NCBI RefSeq assembly: GCF_009914755.1
Contig: NC_060937.1
Origin: the human T2T-CHM13v2.0 reference genome, Homo sapiens
Length of the DNA: 64,000 nt
Reading direction: 5' to 3' (one strand)
Below are positions 53,126 through 64,000 of this stretch, in pieces. The position numbers and the translations under genes are program-made. The stretch's first letter is position 1; every line of letters begins with the position of its first letter. The notes beneath the pieces are model-generated. The model worked only from the letters and a program-made list of their open reading frames with translations, had not been told where the DNA came from and ran no database searches.

Positions 53126-55823
53126 AGATTAAACATATGAATACAAACACAAAATAAGAACATGAAGAAAAGAGAGCAATTACTGGAAACACATTTTCAT
53201 ACACTGATCTAATTAAAATATCAGCCAGGAATTTTATGGTATTGTTGTCTTTATCCTGGTCTCTGCTGTTTCTTATCAGGGAAAGCTCTAGATCTCCCCC
53301 AAGGATGGCAAAAAACACGTTTAAGTATATTTAGTTATTTTAATGCTAAAGATAACTTATTTCACCAAATAATGTTTTCTACTAGTCTAAGAGTTGGTAA
53401 AAAACATGATCTTAAGAAAAATGCAATTATTGTGTAGGAGCAGAATAAATTTTCTGCCTGAATCAAAACACAATATGAACTAAAATAATTTAGTTACTCA
53501 GGTTCTTTGCTTGCCATGTAATACTGCATTTTTACCTTACAGTAAACTTTCTGGAGTTGTTCATTAACTTTTTGTTGCTGCTATTGTTATTTGAAAAAGT
53601 AGCTTTTGAAAATATAAATATTCAGTGATATCCTACAAGGCACTTAATGTTCATAAAATCTTGTTAATATATTAATAGCCTTATTGCATATGGCCATAAA
53701 ATTTCATCACTCTACATTGCCATGCCTAATTACAATTTAGGAGTCTTTTAAATGTAATCCAAAAGCAATGGGTTTCACACACTTGGCATATTGATATGAC
53801 TCTGGACAAATCAAGCTTGAAATATATTAGTGTAAATTACATTCCCCACAGTGGTGTCTTATTTGTTCTGTCTCCATTATTTGTCAAGTCTCCACAGTGC
53901 ATAAAATACTATTATGATATATTGAGCAATGAAAGTCAAGATCAGTCAACATTTATGCAACACTCAAATGAAAACTGAAAGAGAAAAATAAATGAATCTC
54001 ACCAATAATCAAATAGGATTTTATATATACTTTACAATTTTTGATAAACATGGTTGTTAGTGTATAAAATTTATGTATGCAAATTAGCAAAAGTTATACC
54101 TTCTGGTTTTTGAGATAGAAAAAAAAACAGAATCTTCGAGAAGATTAGATATAAGGAACTTAATTGACAAGTGAGCTTAGGTTAAAGAGCCTTCGCAGTG
54201 GTCTGGTAGCTAAACCTCTCAAAATAATCTGATATTATAGAGTTTGTAAAACTGTGAATTATTAAATGTGACAAAACCGTATTATAGATTTATCTCTCCA
54301 ATGTTTTATGTTTATCATCCAATATTGAATCACTAAGCACAAAAATTGCAAGTGAACACTCAACTTTTAAAATATTCATTGTAATTTAGAATTGTTATGA
54401 AATGTCTACTACTTAACACACTTCAACTGAATTAATAATCATTTTCAACTTGTGCTATAAAAAGCTTAATTTCTTGTCAAGATATAGAATACATTTCAAT
54501 GAAAGAAGAAAAATTAGTTGAATTTAAAATTTTTAGTTATTTTCTCATGCCAGAATACAAGCTGTGTGCTTTATTATCTCTTTAAAACCTATTGTTAGTA
54601 TGTAATCTTTCAAATTATGTATCAAATCAATGAAGTAATAAATCAGACATTTTTATATTTTGTAAAAATAGATTTTTATATTTTATGGGGAATAGATTTA
54701 ACTGAATTACTTTAAAAAGCAAAATAAATAAATTTTACAAAGAATTGTTCTAATATAATAAACAAATATTTGAATATGTGTAACTAATTTTTAAGAAAAT
54801 TTTTGACACAACATTTCTCTTTTAGCATACAAAGAAACACAAACTAGCAAAAACTATTTGTCCGATGATGAAATACCTGTTTATCGTCTTACACTCTACT
54901 AATTTAAATTTTAAAAGCAAAGCTGTTTGGGTTGGAAAATGAGTGTATTTATAAATATCACCTGCATTTTTTTAAGTCTGGCTTGTTAAAATTCTCAACT
55001 GACATGTCTATACTAAAAGCTAAAATTATACTTTTTCTAATAATGTATTTTATGCATATGGAATGAGCCATTCATAAACCAAGAACATTTTTAGAAAAGT
55101 GATCAAAGCTGTTATCGAATATTAAGTGGCTACCATAAATGGTTGTTTTTCCACTTCCTACTGTTTAAAGAGTCAAACTGATAAGTATATTTTTAAAACG
55201 TTATATTTCAGATGAAAATAAATAGCATTTCTAAATTCAAATATCTATTTGACAGTAATATAGTCAACATTTAGGAGGTGATAATTTAATTTCTATCCCT
55301 TAATGACTAGATTCTCTGAAAGGATTTGTGTATACTTTCAAAGATTTATCATTATATTTCTTGATTCCTCCAAAATCTGAAATTCTGTTTGCTTTAAACT
55401 GTTGTAAATTTGTGCGATGATTAAAGAGCCAGACAATACCATTTCACCACTGACACTTTAATTAACCACTGCTTACATTATTTTTACCATCTAAAAAATA
55501 AGTATAATAATATCACTTCTTCCATGGGGTTGTTTTGAGTGGGATACTAAAATACAAATAGGTGCACAATTCATATCTAATGCATTACAGATTGCATTGA
55601 GTTTGTTAATAATTTAGGGTTAAGGGTTTTTCCCACTACTCATTAAATCCATCACTAAAATACCTGACTGAAGTTCTTCAAGCTTGTTAGTCTAATGGTA
55701 GGGCAGCAACAGAGATGTTTTGTTATAATGCGTCACTTCAAAGAATGTTTGTCCAATAACACACAAAATTGGGAATGCAATATCATGTGAGTTTTACAGG
55801 GGAGTCTAAAATAAAGTAATAGG

Positions 55824-55889
55824 GGCCAGGCGGGATGGCTCACATCTGTAATTCCAGCACTTTGGGAGTCCGAAGTGGGCAGATCACTT
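55824..55889 (+). mobile_element. Alu 5' fragment only
   Basis: ggccaggcgggatggctcacatctgtaattccagcactttgggagtccgaagtgggcagatcactt, then an abrupt end. Confidence 0.88.
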
Positions 55890-55890
55890 C

Positions 55891-56608
55891 CTCATAAATT
55901 TGGAAAGGAGAGCTTTATTTCTCATATAGGTTGCAGCCTGCAAGGTGGCCATTCTGACAGGCTGGGAAACATAGCCTCAGTTTGGAAGTCAAAAACAGAT
56001 ACTTCAAGGGAGGGGAAACAGGAACAAGAATTTATGCTGAGTGGAGTGACCAAACATCCATATTTAATAAATGATAGGAGGAGTCATGAATATTTGTGAA
56101 GAGAAAATCATGCAAATGTGCAATTGAGCTCTATGCCCCTCCATGGATCCCATGTACAAAAAAAAATGTGGTGTTAATATGATCTGAGAATGGAACTTTG
56201 GGTTCTCTGACATGAAAAAGGTGAAGCAGAGGAAATGAAAACTCTTACTTCACATTCTCTGTAGACTGGCCAGAAGCACTCTGTGGTTAGCAGAGTGCTT
56301 CTGACCACATATCTTATCAGGCAAAAAAGGATAAGCATATCTTATCAGGCAAAAAAGGAGGAGCAGAGTCAGGTTGTTGTTTAATACCAGTGACAGAGTC
56401 TTTTGAAAGGACTGGTTTCTATTCAACCCTTAGAGAAGAAAGGCTAATGACGGTTAGTGAGAGAGTAGATATAAGAAGACATGTCTGATCTCTCATTCCA
56501 TCATGGCTGAGAAATTAGTTTTCAAGGTTTCTCTGGGGTCTCTTTAGCTAAGAGCATTTCTGTCCAAGTCGCTTGGGGGCCTTAGGATTTCTTTTTTTTT
56601 TTTTTCTC
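55891..56608 (-). mobile_element. MER39-like ERV1 LTR
   Basis: cataaatttggaaaggagagctttatttctcat (antisense aataaa), ataggaggagtcatgaatattt, tttcaaggtttctctggggtc, ttgggggccttaggattt. Confidence 0.8.
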
Positions 56609-57062
56609 AGGGGTGAACAGAATTCTCATGATTGTTAAACTGAAAGACAATCAGAAAAAATATATATTTCTTTTTATCTACCTTTCAAGATTCAACCTGT
56701 CTCACATTTCCGTTTCCAAGATTTAGTATGATTTTTTGATGATATAAATTGCATGAAAGCATAGCTAGAGGTTTCTATTTTTTCTACTTTTTGTGGGAGA
56801 AGGATTTGATGCTTCTCTTGTTGCTGCCCACTTGATTTACAAACTAGTTTGTCATAGACTGCACTCTTGTCTTCAGGGTATAAGAAATTGCAGGCTTATA
56901 GTTAGTTGGGAAAGGTGAGGAACTGTAGGTTAGGTGTCCATAAAATATATGTGGGAAGTTAGGCTAAGACAGTTGTACCATGAAGTTTAGAGAGATGTGT
57001 GAATATTTTTGCTACGATCACATTTTATCATTTATTACATGCTTTAAAACTGTGAGCTTTAT

Positions 57063-57074
57063 CACACACACAGA

Positions 57075-57108
<34 letters not shown>
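57063..57108. repeat. (CA)n(GA)n compound microsatellite
   Basis: cacacacaca followed by about 18 GA units with one interruption. Confidence 0.97.
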
Positions 57109-57112
<4 letters not shown>

Positions 57113-57160
57113 CCTTTGTGTGCCCTTGGCTTACTAAAAATCCCGATGTTTCACTGCAGC

Positions 57161-57667
57161 TGTAACTACAGGACCAGCCCAAACTGGCTCTACTCTGTTA
57201 TTAACAAAATGTCATGTTATCTCGTGGGTATAACTGCCCAAACTGCAAGTACTATAGGCCCTGCATGCAGAATAGGAAGAGCTTTGACCTCTAACAACAC
57301 CCAGAAGCAACAATGTCTCTCCATGGAACTAAAAAGACCAGGACATGACTAGAACATGACCACTGAGTTCTTTCAGAAGTGAGAGGTGTGTTGGCCAGGA
57401 AGATCCAGGATTGAAATCCACCTCAACATACCTTACCATAAATAGCCAAATGTTATGCCCTGTAATAGATCCCTGCCCAGGTAAATTCGCAAATCCTTTC
57501 CTTTGACCTCCAACTTCTTAAAACTTGCCCCAGCCCCCAAATTGGAGAGATACGTTTGAGCCTGACTCCTATCTCCTTGCTGGCTGGCCTTGCAATAAGA
57601 TCTTTATTCAAAGCTGCAGTATTAAGTTCTATGTGCCTTGAGCAGCAATCTCATTTGCTCAATAACA
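57161..57667 (+). mobile_element. ERV1 solo LTR (MER87-like; family name tentative)
   Basis: tgtaac...ataaca ends with a perfect 4-bp target duplication cagc / cagc. Confidence 0.85.
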
Positions 57668-57809
57668 CAGCTACAAAAAACAAAAAAAAAGAAATCTAGT
57701 GATGTTAGCCTACATTAGTTGAATCAGAATTTCAAGAACATGGAAGATAGTGTCACAGTTCTTTGTTTAGTTAAAACTATACATGTATTCTCTTCAATTT
57801 CCTATGTAG

Positions 57810-58454
57810 TGTTGGGGTTTCAGTACACTAAAATGAAGGCCTCAGAGGCAGCCTCAGAAGTAAAATATTTTTACTGACCTTCTCCTGCCCACCCCTCTCT
57901 CAGACCCATTATCCCCCAAGACTTGCCATAAGAAGCTAGAATGTCTCTTTCCCAAGGCAGGTCATAGAAATCAAAACTCTTTTTCCCCAAAGCCAACCAT
58001 AAAACCTAAGAATATTTGTCTAACTTTCCCTCCTCCTTTCTGTATGAAAACTGGCCATAAATAAATTATCTAACCTAACTTGTTTGACTATAGGTCAGAA
58101 GACCCCTCTTCCAGAGAGGGCTCTGCCTCACACCCAGAAAAATGGAATGCATGCTCAGAGAGGCCAAGAAGAATCTAGGCAGACAGGCCTTGTTGCGTTT
58201 TCCTAGTCTGTCTTTTAACATTAGGTCTTACCCTTTTTGTCCAATCATATTTCTACATGTCCGTCTATACTTTGTTGAACCTAAACATAAAAATGGGCAA
58301 TTTCCCCTGTATCCTTGAGTCTTCATTCTGAAGGCTCCCATGTATACACATTAAATATGTCTATATGCCTTTTATTCTTAAACTGCCTTCTGTGAATTGA
58401 TTTTTCGGTGAACTTTTAGAAGGTTGAGGGAAATTTTCCCATTTGGCCCCTACC
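57810..58454 (+). mobile_element. ERV1 solo LTR (LTR29-like)
   Basis: tgttgggg...aaaatgaaggcctcagaggcagcctcagaag...ttggcccctac; flanks gtag / atag. Confidence 0.82.
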
Positions 58455-58949
58455 ATAGCAATCTTAACAAATGCAGTCATATAATAAGATATATCTGAAA
58501 GATTTCAACAAGAATTTTGGTATATCTACAATGGACATGTTACAAACTATGAAAGATAATTGCGTATTCCTCACTGGATTAAAAAAAAATTAGAATTTAG
58601 AAATTTAGAATATGGAATCATGCTGTTTTTTAACGTATGCACTGTGTATGCTTATATATATATATTTATAGATGTATACAAGTAAATATGCAAAGAACAT
58701 TTATAATTTCTCAGATGTTGGTCTGGCAGGATTCCTGCTTTGAATAGGTCAAGTTTGATTTTATGCTGACTCTTTATTTCAGTTTTGACCTCCTAGATTC
58801 AGAAATGGAGGCTCTGAAGAAAATCAGTCTCCCCACTAAGCACATCCCGAAGTGGTCTGTCAAACACAGATGCATGATGATTTCACTCTAATCTCCAGTA
58901 TCCCGTTTCATTGTTATTCTAAGCCTCTTCAGAAATGAAACCATAATGA

Positions 58950-59352
58950 CTATAATTTTACTTGAATGGAACTTGATTTAAATAAGAGCTGCATCACTAC
59001 TTTCCCACTCTTTCTTGAATATGTAAAGATCGTTTTTCTTCAGACCTTTATGTTGCCTATTTCTCTGCCTGGAATGCTTGGCCTCTTCAAACTCAATTGT
59101 TTGGCTCTTTCATGGTCACCCCTCTGACTTATACCACTGCCCCTGAAATTGAATTATATTACTTTGTTATATTTTATTCTCATATAGTCATTAGAGGTAT
59201 TTTGTTGATTTGTTTGTTTATTATGCATCTTCAAGATCAAATGTAAATTTTATGAGAATAAGGACCTGGTATTCTTTATTCACTGCTTTAAAGGCCAGTA
59301 TAGTGCCCTCTAGAGGATAAGTGCTCAAAACTATCGGTTGAATGAAGAAATT
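58950..59352 (+). mobile_element. L2 3' end
   Basis: tctctgcctggaatgc, aatgtaaattttatgagaataaggacctgg, gtgctcaaaactatcggttgaatgaa. Confidence 0.8.
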
Positions 59353-60352
59353 TAATGCATATAATGATTATTATATAACCAGTAAAATCTGCTTCATAAA
59401 ACTATAGAGAGTAATTTTTATCACTGATATTCTCGTGTATTAGGAGTTTACTTCACAGTAAGTTTTTGACTTCTTTAAGCTTCTGCTAACTTGAAATAGA
59501 AATCTTAATTGTCTGTAAATATTTAAGTGCATAAATGTGTAAATAAATATATAAATATCCCAGGCTTCGCAACATATCTTTACTTATAACAGTTTAACCT
59601 GTGTACAAGAAAAAAAAAACTATCTTTTTAATATTCCAGCTAGGACTTATTCAACAAAAAGTCTACTAAGGAAAACATGTTTCAATGAATGAATGACATT
59701 GTTTTCATACAGTCTTTCACAGAGTGAGAATAATCTAAGCTATTTAAGATAAATCAACATTAAATTATCTTCCCCAAGTCACTTTAGCTAATATTTCTGT
59801 ATATATCAGAAAGAAACTATTCAAGGTGTTTTTATAAAGTTTTCTTTTATTCTGAAAATAAATGTAAATTTTAAAAAATAAACCTATTTCCAATTCAATC
59901 AGAAAATTAACTCATTCTTTTTTTATTAATGTGTTCAGAACTTGCTGAGATCAAGACATTATACAAATTGGATATCAATTATTTTCCTAAAATTGTTCAA
60001 TATTTTTATCATTCTTGAGAAAAAACTCAAACATATTTGAAGTATATAAAAGACTGTCAATATCAGCTTTGCCTGCCTTTCGGCATTATCACCTGGCACA
60101 CTCACCTGCCACCAAACCCCACGCTCACTCTGTTCTAGTCATAGTCATGCTCAAGTACGTCAAGTTACATGAAACTTGCATAATCATTTTCACCACTACT
60201 CAGATTTTACTATAGCTATAATCACTTTTATTTCTCAGATATCTAACCTTCAGGCCTTAGATCAAATTAGTCCTCATCTATGAAGGACTCCCTGATCTCC
60301 TCATGCTTCTGCTTATGGGATAGAACTTTGGGAAAGCTTATGTGAAATTAAC

Positions 60353-60594
60353 TGTTTACAGGTCAATGTCTCTCAACTTCAAGAGCCTTGAAAGAATAAG
60401 GAATTTCTTCTATCCTTCATTAAATGCCAAGGAGTAATGAATTGTGAAGTGAAAGGCTTTAAAAGATGCATTTTAGTAGATGGCTTGGGACTAGGTCTAC
60501 AAGGATATAGGTAGGCTTTCTGTCTCTTAAGTAATTACAATCCTAATATAAGAGGAAAGGGGGTATAATACAAACACAAGGAGATATATATATA
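60353..60594 (+). repeat. Local direct duplication, copy 1 (copy 2 at 62906-63154)
   Basis: About 87% identity by manual alignment, e.g. shared agtagatggcttgggactaggtcta. Confidence 0.95.
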
Positions 60595-60602
60595 TTATAT
60601 AA

Positions 60603-60626
60603 TCTATCTATCTATCTATATATTAT

Positions 60627-60656
<30 letters not shown>
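60603..60656. repeat. (TCTA)n facing (TAGA)n tetranucleotide repeats
   Basis: tctatctatctatctc tatattata tagatagatagatagatagatagataga. Confidence 0.95.
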
Positions 60657-60657
<1 letters not shown>

Positions 60658-60737
60658 TAATGCATTAGTGGAAAGTTTAGTGACACAGAAATCAGAAGAG
60701 TATCTTTCATAGCTAGAGTAGAAATTCAACTGTGAAA

Positions 60738-60918
60738 TATCAAAAAACTACCTATTGGGTACTATGCTCACTACGGGTTAACGAAATAATTTGTGCACCA
60801 AACCCCAGCAACATGTAATTGATCCATGTAACACACATGCACACGTGCCCCCTGAACCTAAAATAGAAGTTGAAAGAAAAAAACCAAAACCAAAAGTAAA
60901 ATAAAATAAAACAAAACA
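60738..60918 (+). mobile_element. Short L1PA15/16-like 3' end
   Basis: aaaaactacctattgggtactatgctcactac...ccctgaacctaaaatagaagttgaaa, A-rich tail. Confidence 0.88.
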
Positions 60919-61833
60919 ATCTGTTAGATACTAAAACAAGAACAAAACGAGTTATGAATTAAAGAAGAAGGAGGGCATATCTGAGGCCAATTTTGGGGAA
61001 AGCATGAAGAAACAACTTTTACATGTAGAGTTGGGGAAAGATTACTATTTTACTAGGGAGTAATGAGGGCTCAACTAAATCATAATTAGAAATAGATCAG
61101 ACTGAATAGTTTTATATAATAAAGAAATTTTTAATAAAAAATGATTGACTGCTTATTAATATAAGGATGATGTGGGATACTTTGAAAATCTTACTTTGAA
61201 GTTTACGTATCAATTTTTATTACACAAAACTCTTTCTCCATAGATATATTCCTCCTCACAATAAAATTGGGGATATCAACCTTAAATTGTAGTTAACTGG
61301 CAGAAATATCAAGAGCATCCAATTCATAGATGAAAGTTCTGGGAATTTATGTCAAGTCTATCTGCACCCAAAGTTATTTTAAATAAAAATTCTCTCAAAG
61401 ACAAAACCAATAAGACTTCTGTTATCTATAATCTATAAATTAAATGTGGAGAACATATTTTTGCTTTGAAATATGTTAACCAAAAATACGTACAGCTTTT
61501 TAAACTCATAGTTTGCTTTTAAAATCCTGTATTCAATTGTTTCTGAACTAGACAAATATAATTTTATATAACCATGAAGAGACGTTTTACCAAATAATCA
61601 CTTTAAGTATCCACTATATGAATAGAGATAGAATAAATTTTTCTATCTTCATATGAGGCATTTAAAAAATATTGTTATTTTACAATTACATATAAGTGGA
61701 CAGTTCTATATATTGTGCTAATTTACATATTCTTGACAATATACTTTTTAAAATTCAATAAACATTTATTAAGTGTTACAATATTCAAGACATGGCCTGG
61801 AATCTTAGGCTTGCTTTGTTTCATAGTTTAAAA

Positions 61834-62765
61834 TATTGTTAATTATTATAAATATATAATCATTGTACATATATATGGGGTACATATGATATTTTAATAA
61901 AAGCATACAATGTGTAATGATCAACAGAGTAATTGAGATATCCATTACATCAAGCATTTTTATTTCTTTCTGTTAGAAATATTCTACTCTCTTCTTGAGT
62001 TCCCTTTTTTAGCTCCCACATATAAGTAAGAATATGCAATATTTGTCTTTCTGTGCCTGACATATTTCACTTAACATAATGACCTCCAGTGGAATTCATG
62101 TTGTTGCAAATGACAGGATCTCAGTCTTTATTATGGCTGAATAGTACCTCACTTTATATATGTACCACATTTTCTCTATTTATTCATTCATTGATAGACA
62201 TTTAGGTTGCTTTCATAACTTGGCTATTGTGTATAGTGCTGCAATAAACATGGGAGTGCAGATATCTCTTCGATATACTGATTTCCTTTTGTTTGGGTAT
62301 GTACCCATCAGTGGTACTGCTTGATCATATGGTAGTTCTATTTTTAGTTTTTTGAGGAACTTCTCTACTCTTCTCCGTAGCGGTTATACTAATTTACATT
62401 CCCTCCAAGAGTGGGAGTTCTCTTTTCTCTACATCCTCACCAACATTAATTGTTGCTTTTCTTTTTGATAAAATTCTTTTTACTGTGGTGAGATGATGTC
62501 TCACTGTGGCTTTGATTTGGATTTCTCTGATGATTAATGATATTGAACATTTTTTATTTGCTTATTGGCCGTAGGAAACAGGCAACAAAATGAAGAGACA
62601 ATCCATAGAATGGGATAAAATATTTGCAAACTACACATCTGACAAGGAACACATAACCAGATTATATGAGGAATGTAAATAACTCAACACAGAAAAAAAA
62701 ATCTCATTTAAAAATGGGCAAAATATCTGAATAGACATTTCTCAAAAGAAGACATATAAATGGCC
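61834..62765 (-). mobile_element. L1MA3/4-like element with 5' inversion (minus ~61834-62572, plus 62573-62765)
   Basis: Antisense 3' UTR (atggggtacatatgatatttt) to cttattggccgt, then sense ORF2 ending aagaagacatataaatggcc. Confidence 0.88.
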
Positions 62766-62905
62766 TACAATGCACATTTTTAAAATGCTTATTATATGAT
62801 ATACAACTGTCTATAGAGAAAAGCAAATTTGCATTTTGTCTTAGACTTAAAAAAGGTAGCTATTAACAATCTATTTGCCAGGAAACTCTTTAATATGCAA
62901 AAAAT

Positions 62906-63154
62906 TGTTTACAGGTCAATCTCTCTCAACTACATGAGCTTCGGAAGAATAAGAAATTTCTTCTATTCTTCATTAAATACTGAGCAGTAATAATAATGCA
63001 TTGTGAAGTGAAAGGTCTTAGAAGACACATCTCAGTAGATGGCTTGGGACTAGGTCTATGAGGATATAGGTAGGCTTTCCGTCTCTTAAGTACTTACAGT
63101 CCTTATATAAGAGGAAAGGGGGTACAATACAAATGCAAGGATATATATATATAT
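62906..63154 (+). repeat. Local direct duplication, copy 2
   Basis: Aligns to 60353-60594 with one 6-bp indel. Confidence 0.95.
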
Positions 63155-63155
63155 A

Positions 63156-64000
63156 ATTTTCTTATTGTTCTGGAGACTAGAATTTCAATATCAAGATAGC
63201 AGCAGGTTTTGCTTTTTGTAAAGCCTCTGTCTTTGGCTTGCAGATAGCTAGCCTCACTGTGTCCTCACGAGGTCTTTTCTCTATACATTCACTTGTCTTC
63301 TTATGGGGACACCAGTCGTTGTATTAGAACACACACATATGGCCTCATTTTACTTTAATTACCTTTTTTAAAGTCCCCATCTCTAAATATAGTTACATGC
63401 TGAGATAGTATTTCAACATATATATTTTGGGAGAAAAAATTCAGCCCAAAACACTCTATCTTCTGGTCCCACATAATTTATGTTATTCATATGAAAGGAC
63501 ATATGACAGGATTTTATGAAAAATATAGTCACTCTATCTCAACAGCCACACAAGTCTTAACCCATTTCAGCATCAACTCTAAGTCCAAAATATCAACTAA
63601 ATATCATCTAAGTTATGGGTGATACTCAAGGTCTGATTTGTTTTAAAACAAAATTACTCTCTAGCTATGAACCTGTAAAACCAGACAACATACAATGCTT
63701 CTGAAATACAACAGTGGGGTAGTCATTGGATAAATATTACCATTCCAAAAGGGAAAAAAATAAAAGAAGAAAGAAATCGTGGGTCCCTAGCATATCTGAA
63801 ACCTAGCAGGGCAATTTTTATTCAATTTTAATGCTTCAAACATCCTCTTTAGCTCAATGCTTTGTTCTCTTAGTCCACAAAAACCCTGCCTTCTGTTCCC
63901 GTAGGGGTGGTGGCCCTTGGTGCTAGGCAGTGCCTTCAATGCTTTGTGTATAAATCTCCTCAGCTAAATGTCCAAGTTAATCACTTGCAGTTCTGTCATC
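63156..64000 (-). mobile_element. MLT1B-like LTR (63156-63453) followed by MLT1 internal sequence running off the window
   Basis: gttctggagactagaa, tggcttgcagatagc, cttatggggacaccagtc, ttcagcccaaaaca; internal aagtcttaacccatttcagcatcaactc, ccattccaaaaggga. Confidence 0.85.

Overview
AT-rich primate (most likely human or another catarrhine) non-coding DNA. It resembles a gene desert or a large intron and is built mostly from nested interspersed repeats: L1 of many ages, Alu, MaLR and ERV LTRs, L2, CR1/L3, MIR and DNA transposons. I find no credible host protein-coding gene, RNA gene or CRISPR array, and the supplied ORFs are chance ORFs or repeat-derived. I do not see a new biological system. 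The most notable items are: (1) a decayed retroviral env on the minus strand, with a recognisable immunosuppressive domain and CX6CC motif, next to an LTR40-like (ERVL class) LTR and split by a complete MSTA element; (2) a HERV-W copy that starts at R, as L1-mobilised processed copies do, and is cut off inside gag; (3) two 5'-inverted (twin-primed) L1s that break at nearly the same ORF2 position; (4) a ~240-bp local duplication with reciprocal CpG decay; (5) several small fold-back or template-switch scars. Subfamily names come from my recall of consensus sequences, not from a database search, and boundaries of old repeats are approximate.
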